Shown: piece by piece, positions 38,570 to 49,685 of the stretch | Position numbering within the stretch: position 1 is the stretch's first letter | How the letters are laid out: each line of letters starts with the position of its first letter | Assembly (NCBI GenBank): GCA_965645245.1 | Contig: OZ287076.1 | Location: 1,550,001-1,614,000, forward strand | Source of the DNA: Massalongia carnosa | Taxonomy: Eukaryota | DNA length: 64,000 nucleotides | Reading direction: 5' to 3' | Notes under the pieces: model-generated | Databases searched by the model: none | Seen by the model: the letters and a program-made list of their open reading frames with translations, nothing else | Told to the model about the DNA's origin: nothing | Program-made: the position numbers and the translations under genes

Positions 38570-39629
38570 ATTGATGTAATATCGCTACAACAAGAAAGCA
38601 CGCTAGCAAGGACGACGACTATATTTTTGAGTTTGAAGTCCTGAAGAACTACGATAACATGATCCGCCAAGGCAATATGATGAATATGAGCGCCGACTAT
38701 TGAATTGAAGAGCAAGACTCAATTCGAAGTTGTTGTGCTGTCGTCGAGATTTGAGAGTCAATTTGAGTCGATATTGCTCGATGATGAAGATAACTGCGCA
38801 ACGCGCGCAGGATGTTTAAATTTTAGATCATTTAATAAAGAATATCTTAAAGTAGCGATGACAATAATGTATTATATTACAACTATCATGCGTTGTCGTT
38901 GATCTTGTCTTAAACGTGAAAAACGATGATTTTAAATCTTAAGCGCGAAACTTACGTGTGTTGTCACCAAAATAACGCGAACCTGACAAAATTACAGAGT
39001 TTTGAACTTTCAGACCTGCCGCCCGAAGCATGCGTAGTAAGCTAAATAGAATCTTATCCTAAAACAGTTAAACATTTAACTAAATTGACTTAGCTTCTGA
39101 CTAATTATATACTAATCCGAAAAGGCTTAGCTGTGGCGAGGGCAAGGCAGGTCTGAGGTACTGAGGCAAGGGTTCGCGGTGGGGCAACGAACGGATGACT
39201 CATCGAGATGGGCGCGCTAGGCTCCCCCGGGACGCGCGGTGAGACTGTCCGATTGTGGGATGGAAGGTTCCATTCTTCTTTCTCAGTCGACATGCCTCGA
39301 GGTCAAACCAGGTCTTCCGCACCACCGTACTGACTGACTGTCTTGGCAAAAGTAGCCTCGGCTGGTTCCACCAGTCACTCGGAAAATTCTAACGCGCTTT
39401 CTGTTTTCTGGCCCCTCTCCTTGCCTTTCACCAACCACCCACATTCGCACAGCCAGTACTTTTACCTTCAAGGCAAACCACCTCTTGGGGTATTGCAAGA
39501 CTGTGCCGTCTATTTTGCGATGAGACCAACACGAATTGAATGAGCCCTCTTCTGGCCAGTTTCTGCTAGAGTCTTGCAGTGAGACAGCAGATTCACGATT
39601 CGACTCGGGCCGGCGCTACCTGTTTCGAG

Positions 39630-42299
39630 ATGGTCAACCTTTCGCAAGAAGATCGCACCATCATCCTGGAGCATCCTTTGGATGACTCCCTAGATCATCT
39701 ACAAGATGCGCTTCGGAAGGCGGAGCGGTCTTATAAGCCAGGTGTGATCTCTTACGATGGAGCTGTTGACAGGTCCGACCAAGGACTTCAAAAGGCAACG
39801 TCAAGGCTTCTGAGCGCTTTGATGGGTTCAGACGTGACTCTTTATCTCCCTTCGAAGACTGGAAATCGAAACGTCGCTTCTGACTTACTAAGGGTTCGCG
39901 AACGCGTCCAGAAGGGTGACTTCCATTACGAACACTACCATGCGCTATCACGGCTAGTTATTAAGAAGGCATCGGACATCGAAATCTGGAACGCTGTCTT
40001 CGATCTCGTAATCACTCTTTCTCGGATAAGCCCTCCTGCAAGCGTTCCTGTCTCGTTCGACGGCACGCCCATCACGCATTCCTCCGCCTCGCAGCAAGGT
40101 GATGAGCAGACCAAAGAGTTGTTGAATGGACCGATTTTCCATGAAATTAAGAGATGTACATACAGGAATGTTGGCGGATTCTTCTCAAAGTATTTCGAGG
40201 GCAAGCAGTGGACTGAGCGGAGCAAAGAAATATACAATGCCATGAAGGACCGACATGTCGACGGCCGGTGGACTGACTTCCCTGATCCGCCAGTGCAGAA
40301 TGCTGTATGGGAATGGTTAGTTCATTTTCAGGATGAGTTTCTATCCGACGCGCAAGGTGTCTACTACACAAGCAGAAGTACCAAGGATCTTACTGGTGCT
40401 GAGGCACGACGTCAGCTCGATCTCTTCATCAAACGGAAGAGCGACAAGGTAGGAACGACACACAAATGGAAAGACGTCCGGGTCATTGGTGAGCACAAGC
40501 AATCAAAGGACGACTTTAAAACTTTGCTCCTCCAACTCGGCAGGTACATGCGTGATGTATTTACCGCCCAGCCTACCCGCCGCTTCATCCATGGATTTTT
40601 CCTCCACGGAACCACCATAGAGCTGTGGGTGTTCGATCGATCTGGCCCTTACAGCTCTGGTGAATTCGATATTCACGAGGAACCCGAGCAATTTATCCGA
40701 GCCGTTGCAGGGTACGCTATGATGAGCGACGAAGAGCTGGGCTTGGACATATTCGTTGAGCGGAATGGTGGAGATCTATTTATAACCATTACGGAAGATG
40801 CTACTGGAAAGGAAAAGAGATTTCAGCTGGAGCGTGCTCCGCTTGTCGTGCAACGAGCCATTGTCTGTCGGGGAACAACCTGTCATCGCACCAAGGATCT
40901 GGAAGATGTAGCCAAGTTCTCATGGACATCCGCCAAGCGGCCACCGGAGGCAGATCTCCTGAGGTTGGCACATCAGAAAGGTGTAAAAGGAGTTGCAAGA
41001 TTGCTGGGCTACCGACGCATAACTAGCATCGAGGAAATACGTAGCGGATTAACCTTTCCTGCTCCTCACCGATTCCGAAATACCTCGCCAAACACCTCGG
41101 CATCTTTCTCGCAATCCCAATCACAGCAGCCACTTTCTCGGTCTTTTGGGCCGTTCCAACGTTTGAGTATCGTGCAGATCTCTTCGAGGAGCTCGAAGAA
41201 ACGAAAATCTCCAGATAACGAAGCAAAAGCTTCCAAAAGGTCAAGATCCAACAGTCAAAGGTCAAGGCTACATCAAGAACACAATGCTACAGAGGCCCTG
41301 AAGATTACACAGACAAGGGGCCGAAAGCCTGTGGACCACGAAGGAAAGTTGCTTAAGGAGCCCGCATCCACCAGTCAAAAGTCGACGTCACGCAAGGAGT
41401 ACGAAGTTTCGCAATCCCCGGGAAATGCTGGTACAAGGAAACGAAAGTCTGAGGAAAGCGAAGAAAAGTCTTCGAAGCGGTCGAGATCCAACAGTCAAAG
41501 ATCAGACCTATCTCAGGAACACGAATCGTCACAAGCCCTTGAAAATACACAAGCCTCGAGTTTCTGTGACCCAAGCGACAGATCATTCGACAATCGCGTA
41601 TTCGGCTGCTTAATTATCTCGCCGGCCGGACGAGCAATCAAGGATTTTTACTCGATCCTAGAGCTATTAATGACACTTCGTGATGCGATCAAGGCGCATA
41701 GATCCTTGTACTTGGAAGGATCTATACTGCACAGAGACATCTCGGAAAACAACATCATAATAACAAATCCAAAGCAGGCCAATGGCTTCACGGGGATGCT
41801 GATCGATGCCGATCTTGCGAAAATAGTCGGTGGTGGGCGAACCGGCGCACGGCATCAGACAGGCACAATAGAGTTTATGGCGATTGAAGTGCTACGCAAA
41901 GTCGCTCATACCTATCGGCATGACCTCGAGTCGTTCTTTTATGTGCTTCTATGGATCTGCGCTCGTCGTGCGTGGGAAAGGGAATTTGGGTGCAAGTTGG
42001 TGGATAGACCCAAGAAAAGCATTTTAACGAAGTGGTACACGGGCGATTATGATGATATCGCTCGAAGTAAACGAGGCGATATGGGTGTTGATGGGTTTGA
42101 GGACATTTTGGAAGAATTTCCTTCAATATTCGATCACCTTAAGCCTTTGTGTCAAGAGATACGGGGTATCCTCTTCCCATATAAGGATGGGTTGTTTACT
42201 GGAACCCCACCGGATCCGGAGAAGCTATATGGGCCTATCCTTGAGGCATTCGATGAGGCTATAGCTAAGATAGCCAGTGCAGAAGAGAGTTTGGGATAG
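39630..42299 (+). CDS. Fungal-type protein kinase (FunK1 family), intact and intronless
   Basis: VFTAQPTRRFIHGF, WVFDRSG, IVCRGTTC, VAKFSW, ILHRDISENNI, LIDADLA, TGTIEFMAIEVL and HTYRHDLESFFYV. Confidence 0.95.
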   Translation: MVNLSQEDRTIILEHPLDDSLDHLQDALRKAERSYKPGVISYDGAVDRSDQGLQKATSRLLSALMGSDVTLYLPSKTGNRNVASDLLRVRERVQKGDFHYEHYHALSRLVIKKASDIEIWNAVFDLVITLSRISPPASVPVSFDGTPITHSSASQQGDEQTKELLNGPIFHEIKRCTYRNVGGFFSKYFEGKQWTERSKEIYNAMKDRHVDGRWTDFPDPPVQNAVWEWLVHFQDEFLSDAQGVYYTSRSTKDLTGAEARRQLDLFIKRKSDKVGTTHKWKDVRVIGEHKQSKDDFKTLLLQLGRYMRDVFTAQPTRRFIHGFFLHGTTIELWVFDRSGPYSSGEFDIHEEPEQFIRAVAGYAMMSDEELGLDIFVERNGGDLFITITEDATGKEKRFQLERAPLVVQRAIVCRGTTCHRTKDLEDVAKFSWTSAKRPPEADLLRLAHQKGVKGVARLLGYRRITSIEEIRSGLTFPAPHRFRNTSPNTSASFSQSQSQQPLSRSFGPFQRLSIVQISSRSSKKRKSPDNEAKASKRSRSNSQRSRLHQEHNATEALKITQTRGRKPVDHEGKLLKEPASTSQKSTSRKEYEVSQSPGNAGTRKRKSEESEEKSSKRSRSNSQRSDLSQEHESSQALENTQASSFCDPSDRSFDNRVFGCLIISPAGRAIKDFYSILELLMTLRDAIKAHRSLYLEGSILHRDISENNIIITNPKQANGFTGMLIDADLAKIVGGGRTGARHQTGTIEFMAIEVLRKVAHTYRHDLESFFYVLLWICARRAWEREFGCKLVDRPKKSILTKWYTGDYDDIARSKRGDMGVDGFEDILEEFPSIFDHLKPLCQEIRGILFPYKDGLFTGTPPDPEKLYGPILEAFDEAIAKIASAEESLG

Positions 42300-42410
42300 G
42301 TCGGGCATTCGCTCTTTGTATCTTACAAACAATGAGGAGACGTAAGCGTAAATAACTTATTACGCTCGTCGAACCTTTCGCCCAGCTTGGGTGTTAACAT
42401 CCTTTTAGAA

Positions 42411-42740
42411 GCTTCTGGATGCAGCCTTTGAAAAGACGTTCAGAAATTCATGGTATTTCGGGGGGACTATGGTCTTCGGGTCAGTGGGTCGGCGGTTTTT
42501 CTTGTTCAGCTGGTACTCGATGTCTTTCAAAGAAATAGAGAATAGCTCAACAATCTTTTGCTTGGACAGCAGTCGGTACGCAGCGCCTCTATCATCGCCA
42601 TCTCTATCGGCTTTTCTTCGGGAGTCGGCTTAACCTCGGTTCTAGAGTCCTTTGTTCGACACCGTCCTGGTCGAAATGGCCTGTTCTGGTCGCTTCAGTA
42701 TTTTCGTGATCTTTTTGGGTTCGGTGGCGTCCAAGTTTTA
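42411..42740 (-). mobile_element. Ty3/gypsy pol fragment (linker just upstream of reverse transcriptase)
   Basis: Minus strand reads AAYRLLSKQKIVELFSISLKDIEYQLNK...DPKTIVPPKYHEFLNVFSK and then breaks off. Confidence 0.7.
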
Positions 42741-42744
42741 TCTT

Positions 42745-42949
42745 TAAATACTATAATATGTTACAAGTTATGTTTTATCACATAAAAAAATCGTTACGAA
42801 TAAAATTTCGCATGAAACATTAAATATTAAAAATTGTTTCGTGTTAAAATCTTGTGTTGTGAAAATAAAATTTTTTGAAACTTGATCAAATAGGTGAGAA
42901 ATTTGTTAGTCCCGTTGAGCGGTTTGTCCCGTTGACTAGTGAATTACGT
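42745..42949. mobile_element. Orphan end of a second pogo-type transposon
   Basis: Minus strand TA|ACGTAATTCACTAGTCAACGGGACAAACCGCTCAACGGGAC has an ACGT terminus, TA at 42950-42951 and a twice-repeated TCAACGGGAC. The interior is AT-rich and no partner TIR was seen. Confidence 0.6.
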
Positions 42950-43435
42950 TAGTTATTGCTGGTAAACCAAGAGTGATGCGATGCCGCTTTGCTCAACAAT
43001 ACAAATGAAGAAAAAGTTTGTCAAAATCCCCTCGCTTTGCCACCAACTCTCCCACGATCCGAAGCCTCACGTTCCTGTAACGTCCAGGCTCTCAAACTCG
43101 AACAATAATCTAAAACTCATCCCACGGGTCTGCGTTTAGATAGCGGTCTTCTCCTAGTTAATCTTGAAATAACTACACCGTAGCCCTAGAGCCTTTCTAA
43201 GGGGTTTGTAGGTTGACAGATGGTTCAAGAAGACGATTTTCATCGTCTTCAGTGGCTATAGATTCACGTGGCAAGTTCGAGTCATTGAATGAGCTGTCGA
43301 TTGTGACTCAGGCTGACTGTCCTATAAGTTGTAACCAGAATGTAAGTGTTGTTGCTTATGTCAATTCTTTGTCCCCCTTTTGGTTTTTGGCTTTGGCTTG
43401 CCGGTGTAAGGAAAAACCGACAACACGGAAATTTT

Positions 43436-43523
43436 TGCTATGAGCAAGGTTCGAACTTGCGCGGAATGCTACTTGTGTTTAATAAGCTTAAGATAGATGC
43501 ATTAACCACTCGGCCATCACAGC
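43436..43523 (-). tRNA. tRNA-like gene, Leu(UAA)-like, aberrant and possibly a pseudogene
   Basis: Acceptor stem GCTGTGA/TCATAGC, A box TGGCCGAGTGG, T arm GCAAG-TTCGAAC-CTTGC and a downstream T5 tract. The anticodon and variable region pair poorly. Confidence 0.6.
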
Positions 43524-44450
43524 TACATATTTCACGGATATCATATATTCAATCTGCACTTGATAGAGAAAAAGGTGCAAGAACCAAGGCGGAAATAGAA
43601 TTGACATAATATGATGAAGAGATCAGTGATTTGATCATTGGTAACCTCTGTTGATTACTAGAGAAAGCCTGCCCCGGGTTCACCTACTCACCTATATAGA
43701 TACTTGATTTCGCAAGCAAATCTAGCAGAGAGCGAAGTAGGTATCTCCGCATATCATCAGATATCTCGACAGTGAACTGCTTTTCAAAGGACCCGGAGAG
43801 ATTCTAAACGGCACGCTCCCCTCCGGCCAGCCTCACAAAGCAGCGCCCAGAACCTTACTTTTCGAATTCTTTCCCCTTGAATTAAGGTTGAAGATTAAGA
43901 TATGTATGTAAGTAAGTAGCGTTGCCGGACGGGGGATGCTAGGATGAGGGAGAGAACGGACGGTATTGGAAGGACCAGTTTTTACTGATAGGATGAGATT
44001 AGTAAGATGATATGAGATGAGGGGGATGGCTGGGCCAAAAATGCGAGAAATTGAGACGGTAACAAAGAGAATGAGAGAGAGTGTGTGTGTGCATGTATAG
44101 ATCTGGTTTGGGATGTGAGAGTGGAATCAAGGGATGGAGGTATCTTTCGATTTGAACGAAAGGTTTGGGAAGTAAGGAGAGGAGCATAAAAGAGATATAA
44201 TCAGCAAGTAAGGAAGATGTTGGTCCTGAACGCGAAAATTCTCACCGCCCTCTTCTATATCCCTGCCTTTCTAATTCATGCGATTTTACTGAGGTGTTCA
44301 GCTCTATGTACAATACTCATCCCGTCTCCTACTCCTTCCTTCCTCCATCCAAATCCACGCCCCTTCCCTTTCCTCGGACCGGTGGTCTTATATCGGAATT
44401 TCTGTCTCTCTCCCTATCGCACAATCCTGCCGCCTGCCTTGCTTGCCTAT

Positions 44451-45113
44451 CTAATGCTTCTCCTCCGGCTTGGTGGGTTGCGCGGGCCGGTTCCGGTTAC
44501 GGGGGTCGTTTCTGAATTCATCGGCTAGTAGTGAAAGAGAGAGAAGGGAGAGGGGTTAGATGTGGTTGATCTTATGTTTTGGGTCGGGGAATAAATAAAT
44601 TTAACAGGGGAAGAGGAGAGGGAGGGGGGAGTATGGAGGTATGATGCAGGATCTTAGATGGAGAAGGGGAGATGGTGCAAGGCAAGGTATTTGGACCATG
44701 TAAAACAGGACGTTGTACTATTCGCAGAAGATAAGGGAACACAGGTAGGACCTACTGTCAATCAACACATTCGCGAGCTGCCACACGCCGTAGTACACCA
44801 CGATGCCTAAAACCAATTCTCTCCGTCAACCTTATTCAGCCCACGTAGCCAAGCTCTTCCCAACACCTCCCCCCCTTTCCGGCAAAGCGAGAAGAGAGAC
44901 AAGACAACCACAACAACAAACTTATCATGGAAGAAAAGAGAGCATACCGGCGGCGAAAAAGGGAGCCATTGGCCTCGCTAGGTAGTTCGAGGGAGAATTA
45001 GCATTCTTTCAACGTCCACAGGGGAGGGAGAGAGCGCGATTTGGGGATTGGGATGGAGGGAGGAGAGGAAACGTACCGACAGGCGCGTTAAACTTCTTGG
45101 GGAGGAGAGACAT
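44451..45113 (-). CDS. ATP18: ATP synthase subunit J (i/j), 4 exons
   Basis: Spliced reading MSLLPKKFNAPVARPMAPFFAAGIVVYYGVWQLANVLIDTDEFRNDPRN...; not present in the ORF track. Confidence 0.9.
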
Positions 45114-45396
45114 GTTGGATGAGATGAAGAGGAAGAGTTAAGCGGTTTTGATTTATGGAAAGAGAGTTGATTTGGGTGGATGTTAGAAGTTGTGCGGTAA
45201 AGTATGATGATTGATGAGTGTAGGTTCAAACATCCCAGAACCAAGCACAGGGATCCAACGCTGCTTTTATGTACAAACTTATCCATTTTCCCTCTTACAC
45301 ATAAATAATTACAGCATCTGCATTACTAATAAATAAAACAACCCTCTAAACTCCCCTCAAAAACCTTCAACGAGTTATCGCATCCTTCTGAAAACC

Positions 45397-46101
45397 ATGA
45401 CTGACGCCCTCTCGTCTTGCGTCTCCTCTCTCCGCTCGAGCACCTCCCTCCTCGCGTCCAGCATCTCGACTCTCGACACTGGCGTATACGATTTTCCACG
45501 GCTAGCCAAAGTCCTACAAACCACGCGAGTAAGAAATTTCCCCTCCATCTCCCAATTCTACTTCATTTCATTTCATTTCTATAATATTCTCACCGGCCTT
45601 TCTCCTAAAAGTTTACTCTTTTCAATCCCTTTCACCCACCCCTACCCACCCAGCTAGCTAGCCAGCCAGCCAGCCAGCCAACCATCTATCAACCTAAAAT
45701 TTCCCTAACCCCCATTCCGAACCCAGCATTTCGAGCTCCTCCCCACCACCACCCTCACAACCGCGCAATCCGCCCTCCTCGCCTCTCTGACCCCTGAACT
45801 TGCCTCGCTGCTTTCGCGCGCGGAGGCCCACCTCGACCGCCTCGAACGTCGGGACCAGGCCCTTGCCGCGCGCTGCGACTTGCTCGAGGGGAGGTTGTCG
45901 CATGGTGGTGGCAGTGGTGGTGGGGAGGAGGAGAATGTGGGAAGAGGGAGAGGGAGAGGAGGAGGAGGGGGGGGAAGAGAAGCGTTGCGGTTGAAGCAGA
46001 TGAGGGCGAGGAAAGAGAGGTTGGAGTATGCAGTTGAGAGACTGGTCATGCAGGCGCAGCAGCGGGAGAGGCAGTTGCGGATGAGTATGGCGGGGAAGTG
46101 A
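45397..46101 (+). CDS. SPC19: DASH complex subunit Spc19, 2 exons
   Basis: LSSCVSSLRSS...LDTGVYDFPRLAKVLQTTR|HFELLP...RKERLEYAVERL. Confidence 0.92.
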
Positions 46102-47532
46102 GCGGGCGGATGGAGGGGAAGACGGGGGGTGGGAAATGATGGCTGAAGGATGTGACGATTATCTGGCCTGGGCTCATGGATTGGGCTGTTGGGCGTTTCG
46201 AGCACTGGTGTCTTCAGCAGGCGTACATATGTATACCCAGGCGTGTCTTCCTTTCTCTGTTTCACCCCTTGGGAGCGCGATGCGATAGCCTTATATATAC
46301 GGCTCTCGCAATAAATACTAACATGCGCTCCATCTCTCCTCGCAAAAATCTCGTCTATTCAACTGTTTATAGCTTTCAAAAGGCTAGTTACTTGCGGGCC
46401 GGGCTTAGAGGTCTATCAGCCATCTCCCCATCCCCTCATCCTATCCCTTCCTTTCCTAGTAAACAACCCCCTTTTTCTTTTTCTAGTCTCATTCCATTCA
46501 TAACTCTATCCACGCACGGTTTGACGTTAAGACGACATCCCGATCTCCTCATATTACCTTGTACTTCGCCATAATTCTTAGTCTGTCACCTTCTTGCTTC
46601 GCTCCACTCCGCTTCCTCGCCCGAAGCTAGATTTACCTCCTAGGCTCACTCATATCCATTATCATTCGTATCATCCCTCACTAGCTGAACAACTAGACCG
46701 GACAGATCTATCTTGACCCTGCATGATCCGCCAGCTGACCTGCGTATCACGACGGAAACGACAAGGGCGGCCGGTAGCTTCGCCCCTCTTACGGTAGCCA
46801 TGTCTTTGGTACCAGAGCCTGAAGCCGAAGGAATTCACCGGGGGTAGAGGAAGTGCAGAGAAAGTAGTCAATGAGGCCTGCGGAAGCTCCCAAAGGAGTG
46901 TTCACAAGGCCTCTGGAGAGGAAGGAAACCAGAACGCTGCGGAACATTGTCATGGCGTGTTAAGAAACCGGTTTGATGCAATCCGTAGAATAGGAAATCG
47001 ATTTAGCTTGACTCGCTTTATCTGCTGAAGCCCTGAGCATTCGGGCTGAGGACGCAATAGCAAAGACGAAGATCAAAGTGGCGACGCAGAACCAATATCT
47101 TCCTGCTAATTTTGTCCCGCGGGAGCTTGGATTTCGAAAACGACGATGATGCCACGGACGAGGCTATGACGGTACTCCTGACTCAGAAGCCCAAGATGCG
47201 TGAGTCACATCTTGGAGAGTTAGGAGATGGTAGATAGCATTGGCGCTACTTTGGGCAAGGATATAGCATGTTGGCAACGAGCATTGAGATGCTTTAGTGT
47301 TGCTCTTATCTAACCTCCACAACATTGTCCTGCCTTGCAATGAATCTGGCCGTTCGGCTGGCCTAGCTGCTGTCGTACTCTTTAACGTAATGGCGATTAG
47401 TCCAAAAGGTGCCTTCATTCGCCATCATTATCGGTCTATTTGCTTTTGCTGACCATAGCGTGGGCAAGTTGTATAGAGATCTAGCAGCAACATGTCCAAT
47501 CATCCCATCTCAATCCAAGTAACACTAGGAAC

Positions 47533-47690
47533 GTGCGTACAAGCAACACAAGATGCAAGCCCGGTGGCTTTTGTTCTGTTGACGATCCATTCTCTTAAAA
47601 GAACAATTGGTGTGCGTACAAGCAACACAAGATGCAAGCCCGGTGGCTTTTGTTCTGTTGACGATCCATTCTCTTAAAAGAACAATTGGT
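47533..47690. repeat. Perfect 79-bp tandem duplication
   Basis: 47533-47611 is identical to 47612-47690. Confidence 0.95.
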
Positions 47691-48779
47691 GCGGGAATTG
47701 TACCGGAATACTCTATATGTTCCCGAAAGCAGATCCTTGGATATGGAACAAAGTCCCCCACCTGCAGTCCTGCACCTCAAATTACATCTATTGAGGGTAG
47801 CTTTAAGAGATGCAGGTCATCGGGGTCGCAGATTTAGATACTGCGACAAGGAATGAACGGAATAAAATTACCCGGACTTTTCATGCTGCAGACACTACAA
47901 CATGAAATGAGAGTGCCGAAGTATACCGAAAATCGCTTAATGCTCCATTCAAACGCGCGAAGAGAAAAAGAACAACCAGCCTAAAGTTTCCTTTCACAAA
48001 AGTTGCTAAAGGCTTCAACATTGCTTTTAAAGTATTGCATATTTCAAGGAAACCCGAGGAATCCCATTTATTGCATTTGCCATCAGGGATAGGTGAAGTA
48101 GAGTAGCTGCAAATCGCGATCACAACAGACATCTCATGACCATAGCCTTCATTGATGGGGCGGTCGATGCATTGTCGTGGATGCGGGTTTATGCAGAGGC
48201 CAAGACACCACCGATGTGGCCCCCAGATGGACCGCGATGACCATGATGAGAGAACGAGAACCAAGGCACGGCTCGTTGAATGTCCAAATTCTCTACAAGA
48301 TGTGTGAACCAGCTTCAATTCCACTCCATTTAATGCATGAAATTCGCGCTTGCATGCCAGTGGTCATGCCCATAGTCATGCCCATATATCGAGCCGGAGA
48401 TACGTAAAGAGATTATGAAATGCAGAAAAAAACAAAACAGCAATTGACGGACGAGATCGCTTCGACATGAGATTCGCAGGTTCCGAGTGAGGACTATAGG
48501 CGAATCCTGAACGTATTGAATGCAGAAAGAAAGGACCGATGCAGCGCTATCACGAGGTACTGTAGACTCGTAACCAGTGTAGATGCTGATATTACAGCGG
48601 TAGGTAAAGAGGAGCTTCTAGCCAATCCTACGCCTGGCCAGGCTAGTCTCAACAGCTTGCTGATAGGGCAAGCTTAATCAGCACATCAATCATCGGGGTG
48701 GCTTTGAACTTGTCTCAACGGACAAACTTGAACCATTCTTGATGATGAGCTATGAAACTCCTCTTGAAATGGGAACCCT

Positions 48780-49419
48780 TCATTTCATGCTGATGGAAAC
48801 TTCTAGCATGGGGATTTTCCTCACTTGAGTCTCAGGTAGTTCTTCCTCCTCGTCTTGATCCTCAGCTTCGTCCTCCTCCCCAGACTTTGCTATTGGGACA
48901 ATGTCATCTACGACTCCCACCGCGGCAGTCCTTAGCTGTACATTCAGATCATCTTGGCCTTGAAAGAAAAGCGCGAGGCTACACGCCTTTTCAATGGCCC
49001 TGCCGGTAGCTTTGATCAGTACCTTTTCGGGTTCTTTCTCCTTTTTCGAAGCACCATCCGGATCAAGAGCTTTGAGCTTCTCCTTATCATTACCTTTCCC
49101 GTTGACCAGGTCGACGTTGCCCAAAGATCGCTTCTCGATCAATGAGAGTAACTTACGCACACGTTTGACGGCAGAAACGAAGGGAGTTTTAGTGGAAACA
49201 TAGACGACTTTTGGTTGGTCTGGGCCGGCATAAGGAGAAGGAATTGGTGGATGGATAATGGGACGCTTCTGAACTCGGGCATCTAGTCTATTGTTTTAGT
49301 TGAGGTTCCAAAAAGACAGAGCACAGCATACTCTTCAAGCGCTGTGCCTTGCGTGTAGCGCTCTTCTGGACCTTCTGAACGCTTTGGCTTTTTGGCTCAG
49401 TTGCCTTGGGAGTACCCAT
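48780..49419 (-). CDS. POP7: RNase P/MRP subunit Rpp20/Pop7 family, 1 intron
   Basis: KRPIIHPPIPSPYAG...VVYVSTKTPFVSAVKRVRKLL, VLIKATGRAIEKA and VGVVDDI. Confidence 0.88.
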
Positions 49420-49685
49420 CACGCTGGTCTTATATGTGCGATTCAATAGACTGCGCAGATTTCATGCTTGGAAGGAGAAATAGATACTCGTACCTAGTAG
49501 AGGTGTAAATTCACGCGATTGGCATCCTTTGATTAGGGCAATCGGCTTATTTTCGGAAGAACGCTTTATGGTCAACCTCCAACGCACGTGACTAGAAATC
49601 ATATACCTAAATCATATACCTAGAGCGGAGTCGATTGCCTCCTTGACTTCTCGTGTACATCTTGAGCCATAACGGGCCCAGCTGA

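Larger units (their letters stand above)
31249..39143. mobile_element. ~7.9 kb element with long diverged terminal inverted repeats, carrying a RecQ-like helicase and a 2OG-Fe(II) oxygenase (AcademH-like architecture, no transposase seen)
   Basis: Colinear inverted matches between ~31249-31470 and ~38880-39143 enclose four genes. Exact ends and target-site duplication were not resolved. Confidence 0.6.

Noticed and set aside
43076..43218. Possible solo LTR (TGTAAC...GTTGACA)
   Set aside because: The flanks GTTCC and GATGG give no target-site duplication and no second copy is present in the window.
46600..48700. Short ORFs between SPC19 and POP7
   Set aside because: No recognisable domain or consistent exon chain was found.
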